A stretch of 64,000 bases of DNA from Vicinamibacterales bacterium (GTDB lineage Bacteria > Acidobacteriota > Vicinamibacteria > Vicinamibacterales > UBA8438), in contig OZ220728.1 of assembly GCA_965116845.1 (NCBI GenBank), positions 5,434,637 through 5,498,636 of the forward strand, written 5' to 3'. The notes under the pieces were generated by a model. It was not told the origin of the DNA. It worked only from the letters and a program-made list of their open reading frames with translations, and made no database searches. Position numbers and translations under genes: made by a program. Below, piece by piece: positions 44,786 through 54,955 of this stretch; position 1 is the stretch's first letter; each line of letters opens with the position of its first letter.

Positions 44786-47700
44786 AGCTCCATTTCGAAC
44801 CCGACCTCGACTTCCAGTTGCAGGCAATCGAGGCCGTCTGCGACCTCTTCCGCGGCCAGGAGGTCTGCCGGTCCGAGTTCACCGTCACGCCGGGCCCATC
44901 CGAAACCCGAGACCGGCTCTTCGCGGAGAACCATCTCGGCATCGGCAACCGGCTGACGCTGCTTGATGAGGAGATCCTCTCGAACCTGAAGGAAGTCCAG
45001 GTCCGAAACGGCGTGGCGCCGTCCGACTCGCTGACCTCGGGCGACTTTACGGTCGAAATGGAGACCGGCACGGGCAAGACCTACGTGTATCTCCGTACGA
45101 TCTTCGAGCTGAACAAGCGTTACGGCTTCACAAAGTTCGTCATCGTCGTGCCCACCGTCGCCATCAAGGAAGGCGTGTACAAATCGCTCCAGATCACGGA
45201 AGATCATTTTCGGGCGCTCTACTCCGGAACGCCGTTCGACTACTTCCTTTACGATTCCGCCAAGCTCGGCCAGGTGCGGAATTTCGCATCCAGCCCGCAG
45301 GTTCAGATCATGGTGGTGACCGTCGGCGCCATCAACAAGAAAGACGTCAACAACCTCTACAAGGACAGCGAGAAGACGGGCGGCGAGAAGCCGATCGATC
45401 TGATCCGCGCGACCCGGCCCGTCGTGATCGTCGACGAGCCGCAGAGCGTCGATGGCGGGCTGAAGGGACAGGGGCGGAAGGCGCTGGGAGCGATGAATCC
45501 GCTTTGCACCCTGCGCTACTCCGCGACGCACGCCGACCGGCACCACATGGTTTACCGGCTCGATGCCGTGGACGCCTACCAGCGCAAGCTCGTGAAGCAG
45601 ATCGAGGTGGCGTCGGCCACAATCCAGGACGCACACAACAAGCCCTACGTGCGGCTGGTCTCCACGAGCAATCGGCGCGGCACGATCAGCGCCAAGGTCG
45701 AGATCGACGCGGCGTCGGCGGGCGGCGTTCGTCGGCTGGAGAGGACCGTCATGGACGGCGACGACCTCGAGCAGACCACGGGCCGTGCTGTCTACGAGAA
45801 TTGCCGCATCGGCGAAATCCGTGTGGAGCACGGGAACGAGTCTCTCGAACTCCGCGTGCCGGGGAGCGAACACTACCTGCGGCCGGGAGAGTCGTGGGGA
45901 GAGGTGGACGCCTCCGCCGTTGCGCGCGAGATGATCCGGCGGACCATCCGTGCGCACCTCGACAAGGAGAAGCGTCTGCGCCCGCAGGGGATCAAGGTGC
46001 TGACCCTCTTCTTCATCGACAAGGTGGACCGTTACCGGGGCTATGACGCGGAGGGCAATGCGGTCAGGGGCGACTACGCCCGGATCTTCGAGGAGGAGTA
46101 TCGGCGTTTCGCCAGGCATCCCGACTACAACACCCTCTTCGAGGAAGTCGACGTGGCCACGGCGGCCGAACACGTCCACAACGGCTACTTCTCCATCGAC
46201 CGGAAGGGCGGCTGGACGGACACCGCCGAGAACAATCAGGTGAATCGGGACAACGCCGAGCGGGCCTACAACCTCATCATGAGGGAGAAGGAGAAGCTCC
46301 TGAGCCTCGACACGCCGCTCAAGTTCATCTTCTCCCACTCGGCTCTGCGCGAGGGTTGGGACAACCCTAACGTGTTCCAGATCTGTGCCCTGCGAGATAT
46401 CCGGTCGGAGCGGGAACGGCGTCAGACCATCGGCCGCGGCCTGCGCCTCTGCGTCAACAAGGACGGGCAGCGCCTGCGCGGCTTCGAGGTCAACACGCTG
46501 ACCGTCGTCGCGATGGAGAGCTACGAGGCGTTCGCCGAGAACCTCCAGAAGGAAATCGAGCAGGACACCGGGTTCCGCTTCGGCGTGGTGGAGCGGCATC
46601 AGTTTGCGGCGATTCCGGTCGTTGACGGCGTTGACGGACAGGTGAAGCCGCTTGGCATCGAGGCGTCCGAGGTCTTGTGGAATCACCTGCGGGCGGCGGG
46701 CCATATCGACTCCAGCGGCCGCGTGCAGGACTCGCTTCGCCAAGCGCTCAAGGACGAGACGCTGGTCGTTCCGGATGAGTTCGCGCCGCAACACGCGGAG
46801 ATCGCCAGGGTGCTGCGCAAGCTCGCCGGCCGCCTGGAGATCCGGAACGCCGACGAACGGCGACAGATCCGTCCGCGCCAGGCCGTGCTTCGCAGCCCGG
46901 AGTTCATGGCGCTCTGGGACCGGATCAAGCACCAGACCACGTACCGGGTCGCGTTCGACAATGAAGATTTGCTAGAGAAGTGCGCTCGGGCGCTGCAAAA
47001 TGCACCGCCGATCCCGAAGACGCGGCTACAGTGGCGCACGGCGGATATCGCGATCGGTCATTCCGGCGTGGAAGCCACCGAGACGGCCGGCTCAGCGACG
47101 GTCGTGTTGGAGGAGGCCGACATCGAGCTGCCCGACGTGCTCACGGAGCTTCAGGACCGGACGCGACTCACGCGCCGCAGCATCCAGCGAATTCTGAGCG
47201 CAAGCCGGCGCCTCGACGACTTCAGGCGCAATCCACAGCAGTTCATCGAGCTTGCCGGTCAGGCGATCAACCGCTGCAAGCAACAGGCGCTGGTGGACGG
47301 CATCAAGTACCAACGCCTGGGCGACGAGCACTACTACGCCCAGGAGCTGTTCGAGACCAACGAGCTGACCGGCTATCTGAAGAACATGCTCGACGCGAGC
47401 AAGTCGGTCCATGAGAGCGTGGTCTACGAATCGGACGTCGAGGCGCGCTTTGCCGACCAGCTCGAAAAGAACGACGCGGTCAAGGTGTACGCCAAGTTGC
47501 CCGGATGGTTCCAGGTCATGACGCCACTCGGCACCTACAACCCTGACTGGGCCGTCCTGGCCGATTCCGAAGATGGGGAACGGCTCTACTTCGTGGTGGA
47601 GACCAAGAGCAGCTCGTTTCTCGACGATCTCCGCATCGCCGAGAGTGCCAGGATTGCGTGTGGCAGAGCGCACTTTGACGCCTTGAAGGTAAGGGAGTCA

Positions 47701-47796
47701 CCGGCCCGCTACGAGGTGACGACCGGAGTCGATGAACTGCTTGCGACTGTGGATGCGAGGCGGTCGAAGCCAACGAGCTCCGCACATGACGCCTGA
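44782..47796 (+). CDS. res: Type III R-M restriction subunit Res (1004 aa)
   Basis: METGTGKT, IVDEPQ, RYSAT, ALREGWDNPNVFQIC, QTIGRGLRL, YNPDW...VVETK. Confidence 0.95.
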   Translation: MKLHFEPDLDFQLQAIEAVCDLFRGQEVCRSEFTVTPGPSETRDRLFAENHLGIGNRLTLLDEEILSNLKEVQVRNGVAPSDSLTSGDFTVEMETGTGKTYVYLRTIFELNKRYGFTKFVIVVPTVAIKEGVYKSLQITEDHFRALYSGTPFDYFLYDSAKLGQVRNFASSPQVQIMVVTVGAINKKDVNNLYKDSEKTGGEKPIDLIRATRPVVIVDEPQSVDGGLKGQGRKALGAMNPLCTLRYSATHADRHHMVYRLDAVDAYQRKLVKQIEVASATIQDAHNKPYVRLVSTSNRRGTISAKVEIDAASAGGVRRLERTVMDGDDLEQTTGRAVYENCRIGEIRVEHGNESLELRVPGSEHYLRPGESWGEVDASAVAREMIRRTIRAHLDKEKRLRPQGIKVLTLFFIDKVDRYRGYDAEGNAVRGDYARIFEEEYRRFARHPDYNTLFEEVDVATAAEHVHNGYFSIDRKGGWTDTAENNQVNRDNAERAYNLIMREKEKLLSLDTPLKFIFSHSALREGWDNPNVFQICALRDIRSERERRQTIGRGLRLCVNKDGQRLRGFEVNTLTVVAMESYEAFAENLQKEIEQDTGFRFGVVERHQFAAIPVVDGVDGQVKPLGIEASEVLWNHLRAAGHIDSSGRVQDSLRQALKDETLVVPDEFAPQHAEIARVLRKLAGRLEIRNADERRQIRPRQAVLRSPEFMALWDRIKHQTTYRVAFDNEDLLEKCARALQNAPPIPKTRLQWRTADIAIGHSGVEATETAGSATVVLEEADIELPDVLTELQDRTRLTRRSIQRILSASRRLDDFRRNPQQFIELAGQAINRCKQQALVDGIKYQRLGDEHYYAQELFETNELTGYLKNMLDASKSVHESVVYESDVEARFADQLEKNDAVKVYAKLPGWFQVMTPLGTYNPDWAVLADSEDGERLYFVVETKSSSFLDDLRIAESARIACGRAHFDALKVRESPARYEVTTGVDELLATVDARRSKPTSSAHDA

Positions 47797-47879
47797 ACGG
47801 TGGCGACCCCGATCTGGCACGACCGTAGACCGGCTGACATGGGCGCCGCCTCAGGGCATGTGCTGGCGCGCGCGGACCG

Positions 47880-48066
47880 CTCCGTCGGTCAGCTTCTCCT
47901 GACGGGTGGCGAACATCCAGGTGTTGCCGCCCGGCCTTCACGGCGGCGGTGCGGTCGCCATAGAACGCGTCGGCCGGTTCCTGCACGGACGCTGCCCCGG
48001 CCCCAGTGCGCGAGCGTAGGGCAGCGGTATCCGGCACATGCACGTAGAACGCCGCGCTACCCCGGC
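47880..48066 (-). pseudogene. VOC/PhnB-like glyoxalase remnant
   Basis: AFYVHVPDT / AGAASVQEPADAFYGDRTAAVK / GGNTWMFATRQEKLT across frameshifts. Confidence 0.6.
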
Positions 48067-48084
48067 GCCCGTCCGCGCCCCGTG

Positions 48085-50064
48085 CTACGGCAACGCGAAC
48101 GCCACCAGCCGCGCATCGGGACCCGCGCCGGTCGCGATCACGATGAACTGCCGGCCCGCGCGCGAGCGGTAGGTCATCGGGTTGCTGCTGGTCCGGAATT
48201 CGGTGGCCACGCGCGTCACCTCGCGGCCGGTCGTGGCGTCGAAGGCGTAGAGATAGGGATCGCCGCCGCCGAGGAAGACGAGCCCGCCGCCCGTGACCAG
48301 CGGCCCGGGGGCACCGGGGGTGCCGAGGCGCTCGGGTAGGTCGACGCCGCGCAGGAGCGGATGCGCGCGCATGACGCGGCTGCCCTCGCCGAACGGGACG
48401 CTCCAGGCGATGTCGCCCGCGTTCAGGTCGATGGCGACCAGCCGGGCATAGGGCGGCTTGATGAGCGGGATCGGCCCCAGCCGGCTCCGCTCCGCCGCGA
48501 CGTAGCCGCCGAGGCCCCGGAAGATGCCGGCGGAGCCGCCGCGCGGGCAGTTGTTGGTGTAGGCAACGTCGACCTCCGGCAGGTCGGGATCGGTCTCGCA
48601 GACCTGGTTCGGCGAGACGCCCTCCGAAGTCCGGACGTAGAGCCGGTTGGTGGCCGGGTCGAGCGCCGCCCCGCCCCAGTTGGCCCCGCCGTCGACGCGC
48701 GGCCGCTGCAGCGTCCCGCGCAGGCTGGGCGGCGTGAAGAGCGGCCCCAGGCGGTAGGTCCGGAGCTCCTCGACCGCGAGGCGGTGGATCTCCGGCGTCA
48801 GGTCGTTCGCGTCGTCGAGCGACACGCCCTGCGCGGCGAACGGCGGCGGCTTCGTGGGGAACGGCTGGGTGGGGTACGGCACCTCCCCCGGCACGTCGGT
48901 CTCGGTGTCGACCGGCCGCTCCTCGATGGGCCAGACCGGCTCGCCGGTCACGCGGTCGAAGACGTAGGTGAAGCCCTGCTTCGAGACTTCCGCGACGGCG
49001 TCGATGGTCCGCCCGTCGACCTCGAGCGTCATCAGGTTGGGCGCCGAGGTAAAGTCGTAGTCCCACAGCCCGTGGTGCACGGCCTGGAAGTGCCACTCCC
49101 GCTGGCCGGTCCGCGCGTCGAGGCAGACGAGCGACTCGGCGAAGAGGTTGGCGCCGAGCCTTCGGCCACCCCAGTAGTCGCTGCTCGGGGTGCTGGTCGG
49201 GACGTAGAGCAGGCCGCGCTCGGCGTCCAGCGACATCAGCCCCCACACGTTGGCGTGCCCGGTGAAGCGCCACGAGCCGTCCTCCCACGTGTCGGCCCCG
49301 AAGGCGTCGTTCGACTGGGGCACGGTGTAGAACACCCAGCGCCGCTCGCCGGTGTGGACGTCGAACGCCTGCACCGACCCCGGCGTGTCGAAGCGCTGCT
49401 GGATGCGGTCGGGGACGCGGCTCCCGACGATCACGAGATCCTCGAAGACGACCGGCGGCGACGTCTGATCGAACATCTCGTGCGTCACCGGATTCGGGAA
49501 GTTCTCCGTCAGAAGCACGCGACCGTCGTCCCCGAACGAGGTGATCAGGGAGCCGTCGGCCGCGTCGAGCGCGTACAGGCTGTCGCGGCTGTTGATGAAG
49601 ACGCGCATCTCGTCGCCCGTGCCCGCCGCCCGGTTGCCGTTGGCCGGCCAGACCGCCACGCCCCGGTGCTTGAAGCCCCCCGGCGGGCCGCCGCGCGGGC
49701 CCGTGCGCCACGCCTCGGGGTCGAACGCCCAGAGCTCCTCTCCCGTCTCGGCGTCGAGCGCCGCGACGCGCGAGTACATCGTCGAGACGTAGACCACGTT
49801 GTCGATCATCAGCGGCATCACTTCGAAGCTGCCGGGCCGCGTCCGGAACTCCTGGTTCGGAAGCTCGTTCGGCTCCCACGTCCAGGCCACCTCGAGCCGC
49901 TCCACGTTCGACGCGTCGATGTCGGCCAGCGGCGAGTACTTCGACGCCGCCTGGTCGCTGCCGACGAACGGCCACTCGACCATCTCGCCCGTCTGTTGCG
50001 CCGCTACGGAGGCACCAGCAATCAGCACGATGACGGCCGTGAGTGACTGTGTCGCTCTGCGCAT
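48085..50064 (-). CDS. PQQ-dependent dehydrogenase (glucose/quinate/shikimate-like), secreted
   Basis: KYSPLADI, HHGLWDYD, GGANWGG, KPPYARL, NPMTY. Confidence 0.92.
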   Translation of the reverse strand: MRRATQSLTAVIVLIAGASVAAQQTGEMVEWPFVGSDQAASKYSPLADIDASNVERLEVAWTWEPNELPNQEFRTRPGSFEVMPLMIDNVVYVSTMYSRVAALDAETGEELWAFDPEAWRTGPRGGPPGGFKHRGVAVWPANGNRAAGTGDEMRVFINSRDSLYALDAADGSLITSFGDDGRVLLTENFPNPVTHEMFDQTSPPVVFEDLVIVGSRVPDRIQQRFDTPGSVQAFDVHTGERRWVFYTVPQSNDAFGADTWEDGSWRFTGHANVWGLMSLDAERGLLYVPTSTPSSDYWGGRRLGANLFAESLVCLDARTGQREWHFQAVHHGLWDYDFTSAPNLMTLEVDGRTIDAVAEVSKQGFTYVFDRVTGEPVWPIEERPVDTETDVPGEVPYPTQPFPTKPPPFAAQGVSLDDANDLTPEIHRLAVEELRTYRLGPLFTPPSLRGTLQRPRVDGGANWGGAALDPATNRLYVRTSEGVSPNQVCETDPDLPEVDVAYTNNCPRGGSAGIFRGLGGYVAAERSRLGPIPLIKPPYARLVAIDLNAGDIAWSVPFGEGSRVMRAHPLLRGVDLPERLGTPGAPGPLVTGGGLVFLGGGDPYLYAFDATTGREVTRVATEFRTSSNPMTYRSRAGRQFIVIATGAGPDARLVAFALP

Positions 50065-50182
50065 CCGCCGAGTCTACCGCGGTGAGCTCCTACGAAGCAC
50101 TCCCGTCACGAACCGGCCGGGATGGGTCCGGTCGGGCGGATGCAGGAAGGGGATCCACCCGATTCTGAATCGCAGGGAGCGC

Positions 50183-51220
50183 CTACCGCGAGTCGAAGCG
50201 GACCAGGGTGCGGTCGATCATGTCGATCTTCGGGCGGCCGGAGGCGGCCATGTTGCGGGCGAGTTCGGTCTGGAGGATTTCGACGACGGTCCGGACGCCG
50301 TCGGCGCCGTAGGCGGCCAAGCCCCACATGGGCGGGCGCGCCACGAGAACGGCGGTGGCGCCCAAGGCGAGGCCCTTGAGGACATCGGTTCCGCGGCGGA
50401 AGCTGCCATCGACGAGGACGGGCACCCGATCGGCAACCGCGTCGGCGATCGCGGGCAGCACGTCGACGGCGAGGGTCTCGCCGCCGCCGGGCAGGCCGCC
50501 GTGGTTCGAGACGACCAATCCGCGGGCGCCGGCCTCGAGCGCGGTCTCGGCGTCGCCCGTGCTCATGATCCCCTTGACCACGACGGGGACGTCGACCGCC
50601 GTGGCGAGCCGGGCGACGGCATCCCAGTCCGTGGGCGCGGGCCGACGATCGGCGGACACGCCGACGGTGACGCAGATCGCCCCGCAGCCGGCGTCGACCG
50701 CCTGCGCCGCGTCGCCCTCCAGGTCGCCCGCATCGGCGTAGAGCTGGTACCAGACGGGCTCCTCGCTCGCCGCGACCACCTCGTCGAGCGGGTGGCTCGA
50801 TTGCCGCGTGACCACCATCACCGCCTTCGCGGCCGACGCGCCGCGCGCCGTCGCCAGCTCGCCGTCGGGATGGAGCTCGCCCTGCCGCGCGACCGGACCG
50901 ACGATGATCGGGGCGAACATGTCGTGCCCGAACAGCCTCGTGGTCAGGTCGAGGTCCATCGCGTAGACCATCAACCGCTGGCGGAAGGTCATCCGGTCGA
51001 ACGAGGTGCGGTGGCCGCCGCGAATCGCCGCGTAGCGCTCGCGCGGCAGCACGAGCCGCGCCATCGCCTCGAACTCGGGGACGTTGACCAGCTCGAGCAC
51101 CGGCGCCAGCCGGTCCGACGGCGGTGCTCCGCCCCCCGGCTCCCCCTGCGCCCGCGCGAGGGGCGAGCCAGCGACGAACCGGCCGAACCGCCGCAGGGAA
51201 TCGCGCCTGTCGACCTTCAT
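50183..51220 (-). CDS. FMN alpha-hydroxy-acid oxidase-like protein, degenerate copy (345 aa)
   Basis: WYQLY, VVKGI, SNHGGL, DGSFRRGTDVLKGLALGA; RR-containing N-terminus. Confidence 0.85.
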   Translation of the reverse strand: MKVDRRDSLRRFGRFVAGSPLARAQGEPGGGAPPSDRLAPVLELVNVPEFEAMARLVLPRERYAAIRGGHRTSFDRMTFRQRLMVYAMDLDLTTRLFGHDMFAPIIVGPVARQGELHPDGELATARGASAAKAVMVVTRQSSHPLDEVVAASEEPVWYQLYADAGDLEGDAAQAVDAGCGAICVTVGVSADRRPAPTDWDAVARLATAVDVPVVVKGIMSTGDAETALEAGARGLVVSNHGGLPGGGETLAVDVLPAIADAVADRVPVLVDGSFRRGTDVLKGLALGATAVLVARPPMWGLAAYGADGVRTVVEILQTELARNMAASGRPKIDMIDRTLVRFDSR

Positions 51221-51324
51221 TTGCGCTACGCCTGTCCCGCCCGACTCCGGGCCCGCGATGTGCTGCCTGACGGGCCCGCCCGGCACCCAGCCGACCCTCC
51301 GGCGCCGTTCTGCGGCGCAGGCTC

Positions 51325-52521
51325 CTACGGGAAGTTCGTCTTCACGATGCTCCGGTCGATGTCGGCGATCGACGCCACGCCGGCCGCCGCCATCGCCTGG
51401 CGGAGCTCCGCGTCGAGGATCTCGAGCACCTTCTGCGCACCCTCTTCGCCGAACGCCCCAAGTCCCCAGCGGGACGCCCGGCCGAAGCAGACCGCGTCGG
51501 CGCCGAGGGCGAGCGCCTTGAGCGCGTCGCTCCCGCGGCGGAAGCCGCTGTCGATCAGCACCGGGACGCGCCCGCCCACCGCCTCGACCACCTCCTCGAG
51601 CACCTCGAGGCTGGAGGGGCCGTAGTCGATCGCGCGCCCCCCGTGGTTGGAGACGATGATGCCGTCGACGCCGTGCTCCAGGCACTTGCGCGCGCCCTCG
51701 CCGGTGAGGATGCCCTTGGCCAGCATCGGAACCTCACACATGGGCCGCAGGTCGTCGAAGAGCTCCCACTCGTACCACAGCCGGCCGGGGTTGACGCGGT
51801 AGGGATTGGTCGGGTTCTCGGGCACCCGCCGCGTCACGCGGCGCGGCGTCCCGCCGAGGTGGCGATCGTGGAGATCGCGCTCGTAGTAGGAAGCCTGCTG
51901 GTCGATGGTCACGACGATCGTCTGCGCGCCGACCTCCTGCGCCTCGCCGAGCGCGACCCGGTTGGGCTCCGTCTCGCGCGTGGCGTAGCGCTGGAACCAG
52001 AGCGGTCCGTCCGCTCCCCGGGCGATGCGCGCGAAGGGGAAGCTCGACGCGTTGCTCACGATCATCGTGGTGCCGGTCGTGGTCGCCGCGCGGTGCATGC
52101 CGAGCTCGCCGTCGGGATGGAGGTCACGCTGGCGGGCCGTCGGCGCGAGCAGGATCGGGCTCGGCATGCGGTGGCCGAACAGCTCCGTCGACGTGTCCAC
52201 GGCCGCCGGGTCGACTCCCCCGCGGCCGATGAGCTGCACCCAGTCGAACGCGTCGCGGTTGCGGTAGAGCGTGAACTCCGACTCGGTGCCGTGGGCCGTG
52301 TAGTCGTACACCGCGAGCGGCACGTTGGCGCGGAAGATCGGCTCGAAGTCGAACACGTCGCGCATCTCGTCGAAGCCGAGGAAGCGCCGGTGCGGACCGA
52401 GCGGCCACGGATCGCGCTGCGCCTCGAGCAGGGCGGGCGACCCCGCCAGGAACGAGGCGAGCCCGCCGAGCGCCTGCCGGCGCGTGATGCTTCCCCGCCA
52501 CCGCCGTTCAATCGTACCCAC
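51325..52521 (-). CDS. FMN alpha-hydroxy-acid oxidase family protein with Tat-like signal (398 aa)
   Basis: TRRQAL signal, YDY, LAKGIL, SNHGGRA, DSGFRRGSDALKALALGA. Confidence 0.9.
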   Translation of the reverse strand: MGTIERRWRGSITRRQALGGLASFLAGSPALLEAQRDPWPLGPHRRFLGFDEMRDVFDFEPIFRANVPLAVYDYTAHGTESEFTLYRNRDAFDWVQLIGRGGVDPAAVDTSTELFGHRMPSPILLAPTARQRDLHPDGELGMHRAATTTGTTMIVSNASSFPFARIARGADGPLWFQRYATRETEPNRVALGEAQEVGAQTIVVTIDQQASYYERDLHDRHLGGTPRRVTRRVPENPTNPYRVNPGRLWYEWELFDDLRPMCEVPMLAKGILTGEGARKCLEHGVDGIIVSNHGGRAIDYGPSSLEVLEEVVEAVGGRVPVLIDSGFRRGSDALKALALGADAVCFGRASRWGLGAFGEEGAQKVLEILDAELRQAMAAAGVASIADIDRSIVKTNFP

Positions 52522-52655
52522 GGGCGCCTCCCCCCGCACGCGAACCGTGCCGCCGGAAACCGGTGCGTGCCGCCGGACACCGGTCCCGGCATGCCTCCGT
52601 CGACTCCTGTGGGCTCACGTCGGTTAGCGCCCACCCGAGCAGAGGCCAGCCGTCC

Positions 52656-53570
52656 CTACACGCCGAGGTGCCGCCGCCAGAAGCCCACGGTGCGGTTCCA
52701 CGCCAGCGCCGCGCCCGCCTCGTTGTAGCGCGGCGTCGAGTTGTTGTGGAAGCCGTGCAGCGTTCCCTCGTACATCTCCATCTCGTAGGCGACGCCGTGC
52801 TCCTTCAGCGCGGCCTCGTAGGCGGGCCACATGGCGTTGATGCGCGGATCGTGGCTGGCGTAGATGATGAGGATGGCGGCCTCGATCCGACCGACGTCCT
52901 CGGTCGCGGCCGAGGCGCCGTAGAAGGGAACGCCCGCCTGCAGGTCGGAGCCCAGCTCGACCGCGAGGCGGTTGGTCATGCCGCCGCCCCAGCAGAAGCC
53001 GGTGGCGCCGAGCTGGCCGTTGGAGAGCTCGTGGCCCTTGAGGTAGCGCGCGCTGTTGATCATGTCCTGATCGAGGCGGGCGGGCTCGAGGCTCCGCTGC
53101 AGCGTGCGGCCGTCGTCGTCGTTGCCGGGATAGCCGCCCACCGGCGACAGCCCGTCCGGCGCCAGCGCCAGGAAGCCGGCCACGGCGGCCCGCCGCGCGA
53201 CGTCCTCGATGTGCGGGTTGAGGCCGCGATTCTCGTGGATGACCACCACCGCCGGGAACGGTCCGTCGCCGCTCGGCTGCACGAGGTAGCCGCGCATCGT
53301 CCCCGACGTGCCGCCGGGCGAGTCGTACTCGACGTAGTTCGCCCTGATGCGCGAGTCGGTGAACGAGATCGTCTGCGCCGCGGCATAGCGCGGCATCAGC
53401 GCCTGCGCCATCCAGAGGGCGGAGACGCCGCCGATCGTGAGCGCGGCGGCGCGGCTCAGGAATTCGCGCCGGTCGATGTAGCCGTGGCAGTACTCGTCGT
53501 ACAGGTCGAAGACGCGCCGATCGATCTCCTGGTCCCGGGTCGGCCGTTCCTGCGGCTGCTGTTCTGCCAT
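52656..53570 (-). CDS. Dienelactone hydrolase family protein (YghX-like)
   Basis: FDLYDEYCHGYIDRREF, HENRGLNPH, GFCWGG, HGFHNNSTPRY. Confidence 0.92.
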   Translation of the reverse strand: MAEQQPQERPTRDQEIDRRVFDLYDEYCHGYIDRREFLSRAAALTIGGVSALWMAQALMPRYAAAQTISFTDSRIRANYVEYDSPGGTSGTMRGYLVQPSGDGPFPAVVVIHENRGLNPHIEDVARRAAVAGFLALAPDGLSPVGGYPGNDDDGRTLQRSLEPARLDQDMINSARYLKGHELSNGQLGATGFCWGGGMTNRLAVELGSDLQAGVPFYGASAATEDVGRIEAAILIIYASHDPRINAMWPAYEAALKEHGVAYEMEMYEGTLHGFHNNSTPRYNEAGAALAWNRTVGFWRRHLGV

Positions 53571-53735
53571 TGGTTCGCTCCCTGTCTCGTGCACCCCATC
53601 GGTCCGGACCCGACTATAGCGCAGCCCTCCGGCCCTCGTCCGGTCCGTAGTGCGCCGGCGCGCGCGGGGGCGGCATGTCTTTCTTCCCTGCCGCGTGGCC
53701 CTGCGCCAAGGCCGCGCAGCCGATCCTCCGGTCGA

Positions 53736-54719
53736 TCACTCCCCCGGCGTCGGGACGAACTTCTGCACGCGCCCACCGAGCTGCGCCACGTACACCGCCC
53801 CGTCGTGCCCGACGGTCATGCCGTGCCCGCCCGCGCCACGCGGCAACTCCGCCCGGATCGTGCCGTCGAGGTCGCGCAGGGCGGGGCCCGCCCAAATCTG
53901 CTGTTCCTGCGTCACGAAGAGCGCCTGCACGCCGGTCAGGTCCGTCCACTCGTCGAGGAACGCGCCGTCGGCGTCGAACACCTGCACGCGGCGGTTGTCC
54001 CGGTCGACGGCGTAGACCCGGCCGTCCCCGGCCACCGCGATGCCGTGCGGCAGGCCGAACTCCCCCGGCCCCGTTCCGCGGGAGCCCCACTCCGCGACGT
54101 ACTCGCCGGCGGGAGAGAAGCGCACGATGCGGGGGTTCCCGTAGCCGTCGCTCACGTAGACGTCGCCGCCGGGCGCGAAGGCAACGTCCGTCGGCAGGTT
54201 GAAGGTGTCGCGATCGGCGCCGGCGACGCCCCGCGTGCCGAGCTGCAGCAGGGTCTCACCGGCCGGGCTGAGCTTGTAGATGACGTGCCCGGGGGCGTCG
54301 ACCACCCAGACGTTGCCGTCGGCATCGACCCGGATGGCGTGCGCCCCGCACGCGTAGCAGCCCGCCGGCCCGTAGGTGGCGGTGTACCCCGACGCGCCGG
54401 GCGCGCGGGCGTCCGCCGGCACGCCCCCGACTCGCGCGTTGCTGAAGAGCCCTTCGCCCCACGCGCGCACGAATGCGCCGTCCGGCGCGAACACCACGAT
54501 CGGCAGCGCCCCGCGATGCAGGACATGGATCGAGCCGTCCGCCCCGGTGGCGACGGCAACGATCTGGCCCAGGTTCCACGGGGCCGGGGTCCCGGCGGCC
54601 GAGGTGGCCGGCTGTGGCCATTCCGGAACTTCCTCGTAGGTCTGGGCGGCAGCAGGGGCCGCAACGACGGCCGCCGCCAACAGGATCGACACGCTCGCCG
54701 CTCGACGCCTGTCTCTCAC
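53736..54719 (-). CDS. Secreted NHL-repeat protein (peptidyl-alpha-hydroxyglycine lyase-like)
   Basis: FNLPTDVAF, VSDGYGNPRI, PGEFGLPHGI, DRDNRRVQVF. Confidence 0.85.
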   Translation of the reverse strand: MRDRRRAASVSILLAAAVVAAPAAAQTYEEVPEWPQPATSAAGTPAPWNLGQIVAVATGADGSIHVLHRGALPIVVFAPDGAFVRAWGEGLFSNARVGGVPADARAPGASGYTATYGPAGCYACGAHAIRVDADGNVWVVDAPGHVIYKLSPAGETLLQLGTRGVAGADRDTFNLPTDVAFAPGGDVYVSDGYGNPRIVRFSPAGEYVAEWGSRGTGPGEFGLPHGIAVAGDGRVYAVDRDNRRVQVFDADGAFLDEWTDLTGVQALFVTQEQQIWAGPALRDLDGTIRAELPRGAGGHGMTVGHDGAVYVAQLGGRVQKFVPTPGE

Positions 54720-54870
54720 GGCTCACCTCCCTGCCGCGCTTCGCAAGGCCAGGCCCGCCGCCGACTCGGAGACGTGCCAAGGCTCATCCTATCCGACGCC
54801 GCCCCGCGCGCGGGGCCACGCCCCAACCTCCCCTACAGCGGGCGAGGCTGTGCCCACCGGCCGCCACTTG

Positions 54871-54912
54871 TTTCAGAAGTTCTTGACACTACAAGATATT
54901 TATGCAGACAAT
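54871..54912 (+). promoter_or_regulatory. Promoter with imperfect dyad operator upstream of the GbsR-like gene
   Basis: TTTCAG-N6-TTGACA dyad overlapping a perfect -35 TTGACA (54883-54888); GACAAT 18 bp downstream; AT-rich patch. Confidence 0.6.
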
Positions 54913-54955
54913 CCCCGGTGGGGGCGAACCGTTCATCACAACGGACGCGGGTGAA

